From the NCBI GenBank assembly GCA_045634545.1, contig JAZRAL010000025.1, forward strand, positions 11,602 through 75,601: a stretch of DNA of 64,000 bases. Reading direction: 5' to 3'. Positions 26,162 through 35,454 of the stretch are shown piece by piece. The translations under genes and the position numbers were made by a program. The notes below the pieces were generated by a model. It saw only the letters and a list, made by a program, of their open reading frames with translations. It was not told where the DNA came from and made no database searches. Source of the DNA: Alphaproteobacteria bacterium. GTDB taxonomy: Bacteria > Pseudomonadota > Alphaproteobacteria > RF32 > CAG-239. The number at the start of each line of letters is the position of its first letter. The stretch's first letter is position 1.

Positions 26162-27259
26162 ATGAAGAAAATTATTTTAGTGTTGATGGTTGCTTTGGTT
26201 CCTTGTTTGGGTTTGGCAAATGAGGGAATAACAAAGGAAGAGATGATAAATAAGATAATTGAAACAGGAAATGAGGAATTTGATTTCAATTCATATTTTG
26301 AGGGTGTTGATGTTAATGATGATGGAATTATATCTAAAAATGAATTGGAGATGTTAAAAGATGGAACTATTGAATTAGATAAAGCATTAGAAGAAGTTTA
26401 TGGTGCTAAATCTTTAAGAACTGAAGAAGAAATTATTGAAAAAACAAATTTATTTTTTAAGAATGCTGACCAAAATAGTAATGATGAACTAGATTTAGCA
26501 GAAAGTGAAGCATTTTTCAAAAATTACGTAGAATATGAAGTGATAAATCAAGTTACAAATAGTTTTAATAAGCAAGATAGAACTCAAGATGGAATATTAA
26601 ATGAAAAAGATGTGCTAACAGAAGAAGAGATGCTTTTGAAACTAGAGACTATGAAAGAACAGTTTGCATCTTTGAGTGAGAGTTTTATTGAAGAAAACAT
26701 TGATCAAACTTTTCATGATATGGTTAAAAATCGGATGATCTTAACGTGTAGTGAAGAGTATTACCAAGCAGATAAAAATAAAGATGAGTGCTTAGATAAG
26801 GAAGAGTTTGTTAATTTTAGGACTTATGTGGATAAAAAATATCGTGAAGAGTATATGATAGAGAAAGATGAAAATAATGAATATCGTGAAGATTTTGATG
26901 GTATTAATACAAATGGTGATAATTGTATAGATAAAGATGAATATTGGGCTGAAAAAAAGAAATTTCAAGAAAAAACTTGCAAAGAAGATCCAATTTTTTG
27001 TGAAGATGATGATGAGTTAAAAGAATATTCTGATGAAGAATTTAATAAAATGGACGAAAATAAGGATGGTTGTGTAGCAGTTGAAGAATATGTTAATTAT
27101 GAAAAAAAGAAAATGCAAATGATATCGGATGAACTATCTAAAATGTATGCAGATGGTAGCGAGTATAGAAAAGAGTATGATAGGCTTGAAAAAGCATCAG
27201 AAAATTGTTTGAGTAAAGATGAATATATTAAAGAAAAAACAAAACTATTAGATTTTTAA
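26162..27259 (+). CDS. secreted multi-EF-hand calcium-binding-like protein
   Basis: Signal peptide MKKIILVLMVALVPCLGLA. Six to seven 12-residue EF-hand-like loops are present, e.g. DVNDDGIISKNE, DRTQDGILNEKD, DKNKDECLDKEE, NTNGDNCIDKDE, DENKDGCVAVEE. Confidence 0.8.
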   Translation: MKKIILVLMVALVPCLGLANEGITKEEMINKIIETGNEEFDFNSYFEGVDVNDDGIISKNELEMLKDGTIELDKALEEVYGAKSLRTEEEIIEKTNLFFKNADQNSNDELDLAESEAFFKNYVEYEVINQVTNSFNKQDRTQDGILNEKDVLTEEEMLLKLETMKEQFASLSESFIEENIDQTFHDMVKNRMILTCSEEYYQADKNKDECLDKEEFVNFRTYVDKKYREEYMIEKDENNEYREDFDGINTNGDNCIDKDEYWAEKKKFQEKTCKEDPIFCEDDDELKEYSDEEFNKMDENKDGCVAVEEYVNYEKKKMQMISDELSKMYADGSEYRKEYDRLEKASENCLSKDEYIKEKTKLLDF

Positions 27260-27384
27260 TATAAAAGTCATTAAGTAAATTTTATTGCTGTTTATAAGTA
27301 TTTAATTTTGGTGTAAAATTTTATAAACTGGTATAAATTAGGCTAAAGGTTTAGTGTTTTTTATATAAAAAAGGCTTGGTTAAG

Positions 27385-27864
27385 ATGCTTAAATTTTATA
27401 AAATGTTTGTTTTATTTTTTAGTTTGAGTGCTTTGGCTTGTTGTACTCTAAGTAATGAAGAAACTTATGAAGAAGTAGAAAACAATGAGGTTATTTGTAC
27501 TTGGTCAGAAAATGAATGGATTAGTAGAGGCGGACTTAAGATTTGTCCTAATATGAGAGTTTGTTCCGATGAGGAATTGGTGCCTTATCAGCCTTGTGTT
27601 ATTCCGATGCCAAAATATTATAATGATGTAAACCTTGCAGAAGGTGATGTAGAGCTTATTCATCCATATACTAGAAAAGTGGTGCTTTGTTTTGATGAGC
27701 CAGGTACATCTGTTCAGAGTTGTGTGGAAAGGTTTAGAAAAGAGGGATATGTTTTGATTACAGATATTCCTCAAGTTCCTGCTAGGTATGATGTGATTGT
27801 TGAAGGGAATTATCCGGCAAGACGCTGGGGAGGAAATAGGGGACAGGTAGTTCCACGTTGGTAG
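27385..27864 (+). CDS. putative lipoprotein, unknown function
   Basis: MLKFYKMFVLFFSLSALACC has a lipobox-like LSALAC. A strong terminator follows at 27871-27896. Confidence 0.55.
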   Translation: MLKFYKMFVLFFSLSALACCTLSNEETYEEVENNEVICTWSENEWISRGGLKICPNMRVCSDEELVPYQPCVIPMPKYYNDVNLAEGDVELIHPYTRKVVLCFDEPGTSVQSCVERFRKEGYVLITDIPQVPARYDVIVEGNYPARRWGGNRGQVVPRW

Positions 27865-27870
27865 AGGGAA

Positions 27871-27896
27871 AGCGCAATTTAGATTGCGCTTTTTTT
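27871..27896 (+). terminator. intrinsic terminator
   Basis: AGCGCAAT-ttag-ATTGCGCT followed by T7. Confidence 0.8.
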
Positions 27897-27951
27897 GTGG
27901 AGTGAGTTAAAGCATTGTTATATGTGTGTTGGTTCTCTCATATAGTTTTTG

Positions 27952-27980
27952 TTGCAAAATGGGTAAATTTGTGGTAGAAT
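27952..27980 (+). promoter_or_regulatory. extended -10 promoter (TTGCAA-N17-TAGAAT)
   Basis: TTGCAAaatgggtaaatttgTGGTAGAAT, upstream of ankyrin gene 28009. Confidence 0.5.
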
Positions 27981-28008
27981 GGCTTAAGTTTTGTAGAAAG
28001 AGGCAAAA

Positions 28009-29070
28009 ATGAGTGAAAATATTTTAGAAAAGCAATTAATTGAAATAATTCAAAATAAAGAAATGCCAGAGCATCTTAAACTTGCGAAAGTTGATATGTT
28101 GGTAATGCTTGGTGTTGATGTGAATACGAAATATAATGTAAAGTCACCTCTTTTTATTGCAAAAGAAAATGGACTTAATGGAGTTTGTGAATATTTGAGC
28201 AAAAAAGGGGCAGAAGAATTTTATTATGAATGGGAAGAAAAAAGGCTTGTAGAGCAATTATTGGAAGTATCTAAAAGTAAAAATCCTAATATTGAAAGGG
28301 TTAAAGAATTAATAGAAAAAGGAGCTTTAGTTAATGCTAAAAATTGTGTAGGGTCTACAGCATTGATAGAAGCATCTTTGGCAGGTAATAAAGAACTTGT
28401 AGAATTATTGATAGAAAAAGGGGCGTTAGTTAATGATAAGACTGATTCTGGAATGACAGCGTTGATATGGGCTTCTTATGCAGGTCATAAAGAAGTGGCA
28501 AAATTATTGATAGAAGAGGGTGCTGATATTGACGCTAAAGATAATACGCCGCAGTATGGTATGACCGCATTAATTTGGGCTATTCAAAAAGGTCATAATG
28601 AAGTTGTAGAATTATTGATTTCAAAAGGTGCAGATATTGAAGCTAAAGACAAAACGAATGGTAATACGGCATTAACTATGGCGTCTGCGTGTAATCGCAA
28701 AGAAGTTGTAGAATTATTGATTTCAAAAGGTGGAGATGTTAATGCTAAAAATAATGCAGGATTTAATGCATTGATGATGGCTATAAATGTAGAAATTGCA
28801 AATTTGTTGATAGAAAAAGGAATAGATATTGAAGCTAAAGATGAAATTCTTGGTAATACGGCATTGAATTCTGCTTCTAGATTTGGTCGGAAAGAAATTG
28901 TAGAATTATTGATTTCAAAAGGTGCAGATGTTAATGCTAAAGATAAAGATGGAAAAACAGCTTTGATGAGGGCAAAAAATGAAGAAATTAGAAAAGTAAT
29001 AATTGATGCTGTTAAGAAGAGAAATGAAAAAGATAATGTAAGTTTGGTTATTAATGAAATAGAAAGATAA
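28009..29070 (+). CDS. ankyrin-repeat protein, family N-terminal module
   Basis: Starts MSENILEKQLIEIIQNKEMPEHLKLAKVDMLVMLGVDVN, then about 8 ANK repeats. C-terminus is ...INEIER. Confidence 0.9.
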   Translation: MSENILEKQLIEIIQNKEMPEHLKLAKVDMLVMLGVDVNTKYNVKSPLFIAKENGLNGVCEYLSKKGAEEFYYEWEEKRLVEQLLEVSKSKNPNIERVKELIEKGALVNAKNCVGSTALIEASLAGNKELVELLIEKGALVNDKTDSGMTALIWASYAGHKEVAKLLIEEGADIDAKDNTPQYGMTALIWAIQKGHNEVVELLISKGADIEAKDKTNGNTALTMASACNRKEVVELLISKGGDVNAKNNAGFNALMMAINVEIANLLIEKGIDIEAKDEILGNTALNSASRFGRKEIVELLISKGADVNAKDKDGKTALMRAKNEEIRKVIIDAVKKRNEKDNVSLVINEIER

Positions 29071-29098
29071 AAACTTTATAAATTTTGTTCGATTTGTA

Positions 29099-29127
29099 TT
29101 GAAATGGGTGTAATTTTGTGATACAAT
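29099..29127 (+). promoter_or_regulatory. promoter (TTGAAA-N17-TACAAT)
   Basis: TTGAAAtgggtgtaattttgTGATACAAT, upstream of the charged orphan 29152. Confidence 0.5.
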
Positions 29128-29151
29128 ACTTATGGAAATAGCAATAGAGCT

Positions 29152-30138
29152 ATGAATGAGAGGCATGAGATGGCTAGTGTGTCAAGTGATTTTGAAAGGT
29201 TCTTGAAAGCAAATTTTCCTGATGATTATAGGAAGGTGATAGATCCTGATGTTAAAGAAGATGTAATAAATGCCATTATGTCTCGCAGGGAAGATGATTA
29301 TAAAATCTGGTGTAAAATTCCTGAATGGATTAAAAACGAATATGCAGATAATTTGCCTGATGAAGTGTTAAATGGAAATAAGACTGTAATTCAGTTCATT
29401 AATGAAGAAGAAAAACACAATAAAATCCAAGAAGAAGAAAATAAAAAATTGATGAATTATAGCGTATCTTTATTGGCTGCTGGGTATGCTGTGGAAACTG
29501 TTTCTATGATGGCGCAAAATAGGTCTCTTCGTGAAGAGTTGTTATTGCTTGCAGGTGTTGGACCTTTAACTCCAGAAATGAAAGAAAAATGGAGAGCTAC
29601 TCGTGAAAGTGATCGCCACTTAATTTTGAAAGATTGGAAAGAAAATCAACCTGAAAAATATTTTATGCATGTAGTTAAAGAAATGCATCGTGCAAATAGA
29701 AGGAAAGAGAGAGCTGATACTCCTGCTTTGATGGCTGCTGCAGATATGAGATTGTCGTCCTTAGAGCGTGAGTTTAAGGAAATATCTGAAAGAATTAAAG
29801 ATGAAAATGTTAGAACTAGATTGATGGAGTATTTAAGAGAGCCTTCTCAACAGGCTGCGCTTGGAAGATTAAGAGGTGATGTGCTTGATAAAGTTACTGA
29901 AACTCTTGGTAACGTTGGTGTAAGGGTTGTACCAAAAGAGAGGAGCACTTCAAGAACTAGAGGTAGAAGAAAAACTTTAGCTTCTGAAATTAAGTCTCAG
30001 ATTGAAGACGGAAATGTTGATGAAAGAGTTAAAGCAAAAGTTGAACAATATTCGAAAGCAAGTGATGAATTTGTTAAGCCTGTAAAAACAATTGCAAGAG
30101 ATATTGTAAGACAGTTAAATGTAGAGTTGAGTAGATAA
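29152..30138 (+). CDS. hypothetical highly charged soluble protein
   Basis: Long ORF behind TTGAAA-17-TACAAT (29099-29127). No signal peptide, Lys/Glu/Arg-rich, basic patch RSTSRTRGRRK. The true start may be ATG 29170, which has RBS GAGAGG. Confidence 0.65.
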   Translation: MNERHEMASVSSDFERFLKANFPDDYRKVIDPDVKEDVINAIMSRREDDYKIWCKIPEWIKNEYADNLPDEVLNGNKTVIQFINEEEKHNKIQEEENKKLMNYSVSLLAAGYAVETVSMMAQNRSLREELLLLAGVGPLTPEMKEKWRATRESDRHLILKDWKENQPEKYFMHVVKEMHRANRRKERADTPALMAAADMRLSSLEREFKEISERIKDENVRTRLMEYLREPSQQAALGRLRGDVLDKVTETLGNVGVRVVPKERSTSRTRGRRKTLASEIKSQIEDGNVDERVKAKVEQYSKASDEFVKPVKTIARDIVRQLNVELSR

Positions 30139-30269
30139 TTTAGTCTTTTATTGATTATAAAATTTTCTTAGTTTTTTTGATTATATTGGCTTATTTATAT
30201 TTTTTATAAATAGGTTGATATGGTTATAGTAAAAATGTTAAAAATAGTTGGTTTTTTGGGATTTTTTAG

Positions 30270-30298
30270 TTGATTTTTAATAAAAAATAATGTATAAT
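30270..30298 (+). promoter_or_regulatory. near-consensus sigma70 promoter (TTGATT-N17-TATAAT) for the 30334-35309 operon
   Basis: TTGATTtttaataaaaaataatgTATAAT, with the -10 ending 35 nt upstream of ATG 30334. Confidence 0.55.
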
Positions 30299-30333
30299 TT
30301 CAAAAGATATGTATATGTGGTCGGAGAGTTTTT

Positions 30334-31254
30334 ATGTATTTGTTGATGTTACTTGCTACGTTTATGGCAGCAATATACGGATATAATTTATCAGCACGCC
30401 CTGAATATGATAGGGATATTGTGCGTAAAAGAGCGCTGTCCGTATTGACGCGCTTTGATGAACAGCACAGATATGTAGAAGGTCTTGTTAGTAGAATTAG
30501 AAAACATAGAGAAAATCATGAACTACCGCTATATGTTCTTCCTGATGATGTAGTAACAGGAGGAGATAATCCAAATAATCCTAATAATAAATATTTGCTA
30601 ATTTATAAACAAAATCATGAGTTAGCAAAAGAGGAGTTTGAATTTTATCAAAAGAAAATAGAAGGAGAAAGTACTTCAGGTAATTATATGCCATTGGGTA
30701 AAAAATTATACCCTGCAGATGAAATGGCAACAAAAGTTGTATGCTTAAAAACAAAGTTGTATTGTTCAACAGGTAGTGAATTTGGATGTGATGGAAATAG
30801 GGCTGAAACTTGTGATATTCTGATTGATGAGTCTGACCCTAGTAATAGGCAGATTAGTGATACTTGTTGTAAGGCAGGAGCTTCTCCTGGGGGGAAATAT
30901 TTGGTTACATTTAAGGCAATTGATGCAAAGTGGCTAAGTCGAATTACAGGAAAAATCAGTATGGATTTTATGGAAGCATTGCAATCTAGAGAATTTAACC
31001 AAAATGTTGGAATAATTAATTGGGAAAATGGAGCTTGGAAGTTCCAAGGTAAATTAAGATTTTTACCATCTTATGAAGAGGCAAAATTAAGATGGGAAGC
31101 AGATCCTGCTCATAGTGATAGTGATTATTTTCCAAGTAAAGAAAAAAATAAGACAGTATGGATTTTGCCATCATTCTTTGGGGAAGATTTTTTTAAAGTT
31201 AATGGCGAAGATATGTGTGAAAAAGGCTGTATTTTTCACATTGAAGATTTTTAA
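30334..31254 (+). CDS. hypothetical protein with N-terminal hydrophobic anchor, Cys-containing extracytoplasmic domain
   Basis: RBS is GGAGAG. MYLLMLLATFMAAIYGY is a hydrophobic N-terminus. The stop lies 14 nt before the next gene's ATG, so the two form an operon. Confidence 0.65.
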   Translation: MYLLMLLATFMAAIYGYNLSARPEYDRDIVRKRALSVLTRFDEQHRYVEGLVSRIRKHRENHELPLYVLPDDVVTGGDNPNNPNNKYLLIYKQNHELAKEEFEFYQKKIEGESTSGNYMPLGKKLYPADEMATKVVCLKTKLYCSTGSEFGCDGNRAETCDILIDESDPSNRQISDTCCKAGASPGGKYLVTFKAIDAKWLSRITGKISMDFMEALQSREFNQNVGIINWENGAWKFQGKLRFLPSYEEAKLRWEADPAHSDSDYFPSKEKNKTVWILPSFFGEDFFKVNGEDMCEKGCIFHIEDF

Positions 31255-31268
31255 TAGGGAGAAGTTAT

Positions 31269-34200
31269 ATGAGAAAAGTGTTTAATAAAATAGAACAACG
31301 CGGTACTCTCTTAGTAGAAGCATTGGCTATGCTAGGATTGATAGCGATGGTTACTCCAACTCTCTATAAGAAATCTGCAGAGAGGTTGCAAGAGATACAA
31401 GATATTAATGCTGCATCTCAAGCAAGAACAATGAATAATGTTATTGAAACATTTATTAAAACACACTTCCAACAAATACTTGCTGAAACATCATCTGCAT
31501 CTGATCCTAAAACAGTTAAAATTGCATTAGAAGATAATAGCTCAGGTTATTTTGATATAGGTTATTCAAGCTTTTTGCCATATGGATATAGCCCAGATAC
31601 AATTAAAAATTATAAAGCACCTGAGATTTATGTTCATAGAGATGGTAATAGTTTGGTTTCTTATATTGTATATCCTCAAATTATTGACCCAGGTAGAAAA
31701 AGAGCAGCAAGACTAGCATCTCTTGTTGGTTCTAATGGTGGTTTAATTACTCCTTTAAGAGAAGCGCAAGGTACTGGAGGTGCTTGGTATTTGGATAGTT
31801 CTATGATTGATGATTTGGAAATTGACTTAGATGATGTTGGGGCTAACTCTTTGGTTATTACAGCAAATGAGCCTATCCAAAACTCAACAGAGGATAACGA
31901 CAAGTTCTTATATAGAATAGAAGGTGATGAGCCTTTTCATAATGCAATGATTACAGACCTTTATATGGGGGGTATTGCAGACCAAACTAGTAACTTTTCT
32001 TCAGATACAAGTCCTGATAACTTTTTTGGTATTTATAACGTAAGGAAACTTACACTTAATACTAGATGTGATAAAGGTTTGGTAGGACTCAATGCACCTA
32101 GTATTGCAACAAATTATTGTAATCCGTATGTTGCTGATTTATATATTGGTAAGCCTTTAGAAGGTGCAAACTACGAAGATGAAGCTGTTAGACCTTTTGG
32201 TAATAATGCGGCGGCTTGGATTTATGGTAATTTAAGTGCTATAAATGAAGGATTTAAGGTTACTTCTGATTCATCACGTACAGCAGAATTTGTTTTTGGT
32301 CCGACAAGTGGTGATGTTGATTTTGATTCTACATTTACAAGCTATGATTTGATTTATGCTAAGGGAACTTACGATAGTAGTGAGGCTGAAGTTCGTATGC
32401 TTGGAGAGTTTGTAAAAGCTAAAAAAGATTTGGTAGGTGGATATACATTTAGTGTTGGTAGTTCTATGACTGCGGATAGCGACAATGAGATGATTCAAGC
32501 CTATAGTGATGCAGGTGGGCAAAAAGTTCGTATCGGTATGCAAAAAGATGCAGATGTTTATATAGCTCAAAAAGGCGGTAATGTATTTATTAACTCTTCT
32601 GAAGATAGTTCTAGTACTATGGTTAATGCTGTTACAAAAATTAATAGCGGCGGTGGTAGTTTAGAAGCAGGTGTTGAAGGAGGCTGGATGTTTGCAAGTG
32701 GTAGAGATGATAGTACTACTGTGCAGATGTTAAAGGGTAATCAAGGGGTGTTTGCTGTTGGTAAAGACGGAGCAAATGATGATGATAATTTAATTTATGC
32801 TGATTTTGGTGGAGGTTCTAGTGGCGTTGCTTCTAGCCGAGTATCTTTATATGGTCAAAGAATGGTTGTATTGAAAGATACTCCTTATAATGAAGCATCA
32901 GGATTTGGCGGGACAAATGCTTCTGGATATGAAGTGAAAGATGGTTTGACTGTTGTTGCATCTAAGTATACAGATATTTTCGGTTCTACATATATGGGGG
33001 CTGGAGATATGAGTTCTGAGGTTGATGATGGTGCTGTATATAATAGAGGAGATTGGGGTTTAGGTGTTGCTGGTTCTGCATGGGTTGATAAGACTTTGTG
33101 GGCAAGAAGAGCATGGCTTAAAGATGCAGGTATGAAAAATCTACATGCTGGATTTAGCTCATTTGCTCAATATGAACAAAATCCTAAAACTGGTTGGCTT
33201 AATGTTTATGGAAAAGGTGGTAGTGAGCTTGTTGGTGGCGGTGTTGTAATTCGTAATCCAGATAAAATTATTGAAAATAATAACATTGGTACTAATACAG
33301 ATATTATGTTCCTTGCTAATTCTAGTTTTGCATATATGGCTGATACAGATGGTGCATTTATGTTATTGAACGAAGGTACTGCAAAAATTGGTTCTGAGTT
33401 TAATTATTTTGCTAGTGATTCTAGTAATGCATCAAATGTTTCTGGTTCTTCTTATGTAGTTGGTGCTAATGGTGTAAAGATATATGCTTTAGATCAGGAT
33501 ATAAGTAGTAGTCTTGTTGATATTCAAGACGGTGCGCTTCAAATGCGTGGAAAACCAGGTGGGAGTAGCGGTGTATATGGTAATATGATTGAGGCTAAAG
33601 CTGGCGAGTTCGGTTTATTTACGGGGAGCACCGCATCAAATACAGTTGATGATGCTCAGTTGTATGCAAATAGTGATATAGTTAGAACTCGTTATGTTGA
33701 TTTTGAAGTTCAACGTGATAGCATGGATAGTTCGGTTGTATTTGGGGTTCATCCTAATGCTAGTGCACTTGGCTCAGCTAATGTAGAAATTGATGGTAGT
33801 TTACATATCACTGGTAATGAAGTATTGCACGTAGCTTCTGATAGCGAAAATACTGCAGAGCACGAGAGCTCGAGAGCTATGTTTGAAATTGATCCTAATT
33901 ATGTTAGAATTTGGGCTAGAGATGAACATGGAACATATGCAAAAGGTGGCGATTATCATGCTATGTTAACTATTAATCCTCAAGATATTAATGGTTCTTC
34001 TATTGCAACAACAGATATAATGAATGATACATCTATTTATGTTAGAAGAGGTGCTATTGAGTTAGAACGGAGTATTGGTGGTGAAGGTGGTTCATCTTCT
34101 ATATATGGTGCTGATGAGGGATTTGGTTATATTAAAGCAAATAGGTTTGTTTCTAATGCAAATGTAACAGTGCCTACAGTTACTACTACAACTGGTGGTG

Positions 34201-35309
34201 GCGATAGGGGTGAAGCATATGACCAATATATGGTAAACCCAGCGTATACATCTGTGATGCATGATATTAAACTTACAACACGTGGTGGTGCAAGACTTAG
34301 TGATATCTTGCCAGATTTCGTGTTAAAAGGTGTTTATAACGTATCTAATGACTATACTGAAGCAAGTGACGGTAAATCAGAACGTATTTCTTGGAGTGCT
34401 GGAAGTGATTGGAGTGGTGGTAAAAATACCAATCCTGTTGCTTGGGCATCACCATATTTGGGCATTGTGCCATATGCTATGTGTCCTCCAGGATATAAAA
34501 ATATGGCGACCATTGTGCCAATTTCTTTCCAACTAGGTAGAGCAGGTAGAGTTGTTGAGGCAGGCCAAAAAGGTGGAGTTTCTACAAGGTCTAAATGGAT
34601 GGTTGCAGACACTCTTAGACAATCAGATATTATAAGTGCGTCTTATGGTACTAGAGGAATAGCATATCCTGCTTTGGAAGAAAGTAGCAGTTTGGTTTGG
34701 AACGATATTTATAATAGTTCTGGAACATTCTCTCAATTTGTTTCTGATATTGAATGGAAAACAGAAGGTTGGTACCGAGGCTTTAAGGCAAATAGTAATG
34801 AACATGGCGAATTGATAAATACTAGACTTACTACAGGTTCTAATCAGGTTCAAATATTTACAGATGCAGATAATTCGTCATTTGCGGTTGCAGAACCTTT
34901 GTACTTCCAAGAAGGAACATATTTAAAGACATCTCTTAACCCTACAGATATTGGTTGGGAAGGACGAATGGGCTTTATTTATAATAAGGATAATTGGACG
35001 CTATCTGCAATGGGGAATAATTTCTTTGATGAAGGTATTCGTTCAAATAATACTGCGAATGACTCTAGTAACCCTGGTGCTAGTATGACTGATTATGTAT
35101 GGAACTTATTCCCTGTTCCAACGAATACTTTAGAAGGTCATGCAACGGTTTATTGTTATTTTGATAGAACTCAGTTTGATTCTTCTCATGTATTGCAATT
35201 TAATGCAAAATCTGATGATTATAAATTTAATAGTAAATCTGATACAGATAAAGGTGGTTATGTTGAAAGACTTAATGATCCTAGTTTGAAATATAAAGAT
35301 CCATGGTAA
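31269..35309 (+). CDS. giant (1346 aa) protein with prepilin/TadE-like N-terminal class III signal
   Basis: RBS is GGGAGAAG. The N-terminus reads MRKVFNKIEQRG/TLLVEALAMLGLIAMVTPTLY: a basic leader, Gly at -1, Glu at +5, and a hydrophobic helix of about 20 aa. The remainder is Gly/Ser/Asp/Asn/Thr-rich with no domain recognisable by eye. Confidence 0.8.
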   Translation: MRKVFNKIEQRGTLLVEALAMLGLIAMVTPTLYKKSAERLQEIQDINAASQARTMNNVIETFIKTHFQQILAETSSASDPKTVKIALEDNSSGYFDIGYSSFLPYGYSPDTIKNYKAPEIYVHRDGNSLVSYIVYPQIIDPGRKRAARLASLVGSNGGLITPLREAQGTGGAWYLDSSMIDDLEIDLDDVGANSLVITANEPIQNSTEDNDKFLYRIEGDEPFHNAMITDLYMGGIADQTSNFSSDTSPDNFFGIYNVRKLTLNTRCDKGLVGLNAPSIATNYCNPYVADLYIGKPLEGANYEDEAVRPFGNNAAAWIYGNLSAINEGFKVTSDSSRTAEFVFGPTSGDVDFDSTFTSYDLIYAKGTYDSSEAEVRMLGEFVKAKKDLVGGYTFSVGSSMTADSDNEMIQAYSDAGGQKVRIGMQKDADVYIAQKGGNVFINSSEDSSSTMVNAVTKINSGGGSLEAGVEGGWMFASGRDDSTTVQMLKGNQGVFAVGKDGANDDDNLIYADFGGGSSGVASSRVSLYGQRMVVLKDTPYNEASGFGGTNASGYEVKDGLTVVASKYTDIFGSTYMGAGDMSSEVDDGAVYNRGDWGLGVAGSAWVDKTLWARRAWLKDAGMKNLHAGFSSFAQYEQNPKTGWLNVYGKGGSELVGGGVVIRNPDKIIENNNIGTNTDIMFLANSSFAYMADTDGAFMLLNEGTAKIGSEFNYFASDSSNASNVSGSSYVVGANGVKIYALDQDISSSLVDIQDGALQMRGKPGGSSGVYGNMIEAKAGEFGLFTGSTASNTVDDAQLYANSDIVRTRYVDFEVQRDSMDSSVVFGVHPNASALGSANVEIDGSLHITGNEVLHVASDSENTAEHESSRAMFEIDPNYVRIWARDEHGTYAKGGDYHAMLTINPQDINGSSIATTDIMNDTSIYVRRGAIELERSIGGEGGSSSIYGADEGFGYIKANRFVSNANVTVPTVTTTTGGGDRGEAYDQYMVNPAYTSVMHDIKLTTRGGARLSDILPDFVLKGVYNVSNDYTEASDGKSERISWSAGSDWSGGKNTNPVAWASPYLGIVPYAMCPPGYKNMATIVPISFQLGRAGRVVEAGQKGGVSTRSKWMVADTLRQSDIISASYGTRGIAYPALEESSSLVWNDIYNSSGTFSQFVSDIEWKTEGWYRGFKANSNEHGELINTRLTTGSNQVQIFTDADNSSFAVAEPLYFQEGTYLKTSLNPTDIGWEGRMGFIYNKDNWTLSAMGNNFFDEGIRSNNTANDSSNPGASMTDYVWNLFPVPTNTLEGHATVYCYFDRTQFDSSHVLQFNAKSDDYKFNSKSDTDKGGYVERLNDPSLKYKDPW

Positions 35310-35314
35310 TAAAG

Positions 35315-35347
35315 AAAACGCCAGCTAAAAAAGCTGGCGTTTTTTTT
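35315..35347 (+). terminator. intrinsic terminator after the giant prepilin-like gene
   Basis: AAAACGCCAGCT-aaaaa-AGCTGGCGTTTT followed by a T-run. Confidence 0.85.
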
Positions 35348-35374
35348 GAGTGTTTATGGTGGGGATTTATAGTG

Positions 35375-35403
35375 TTGACAATATTGTAATGCGTGTTTAT
35401 AAG
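35375..35403 (+). promoter_or_regulatory. promoter (TTGACA-N17-TATAAG)
   Basis: TTGACAatattgtaatgcgtgttTATAAG, upstream of 35455. Confidence 0.5.
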
Positions 35404-35454
35404 AAAAAACGATAAATTAATTATTTAAACTATTATTTTATAAACAGCATAATT

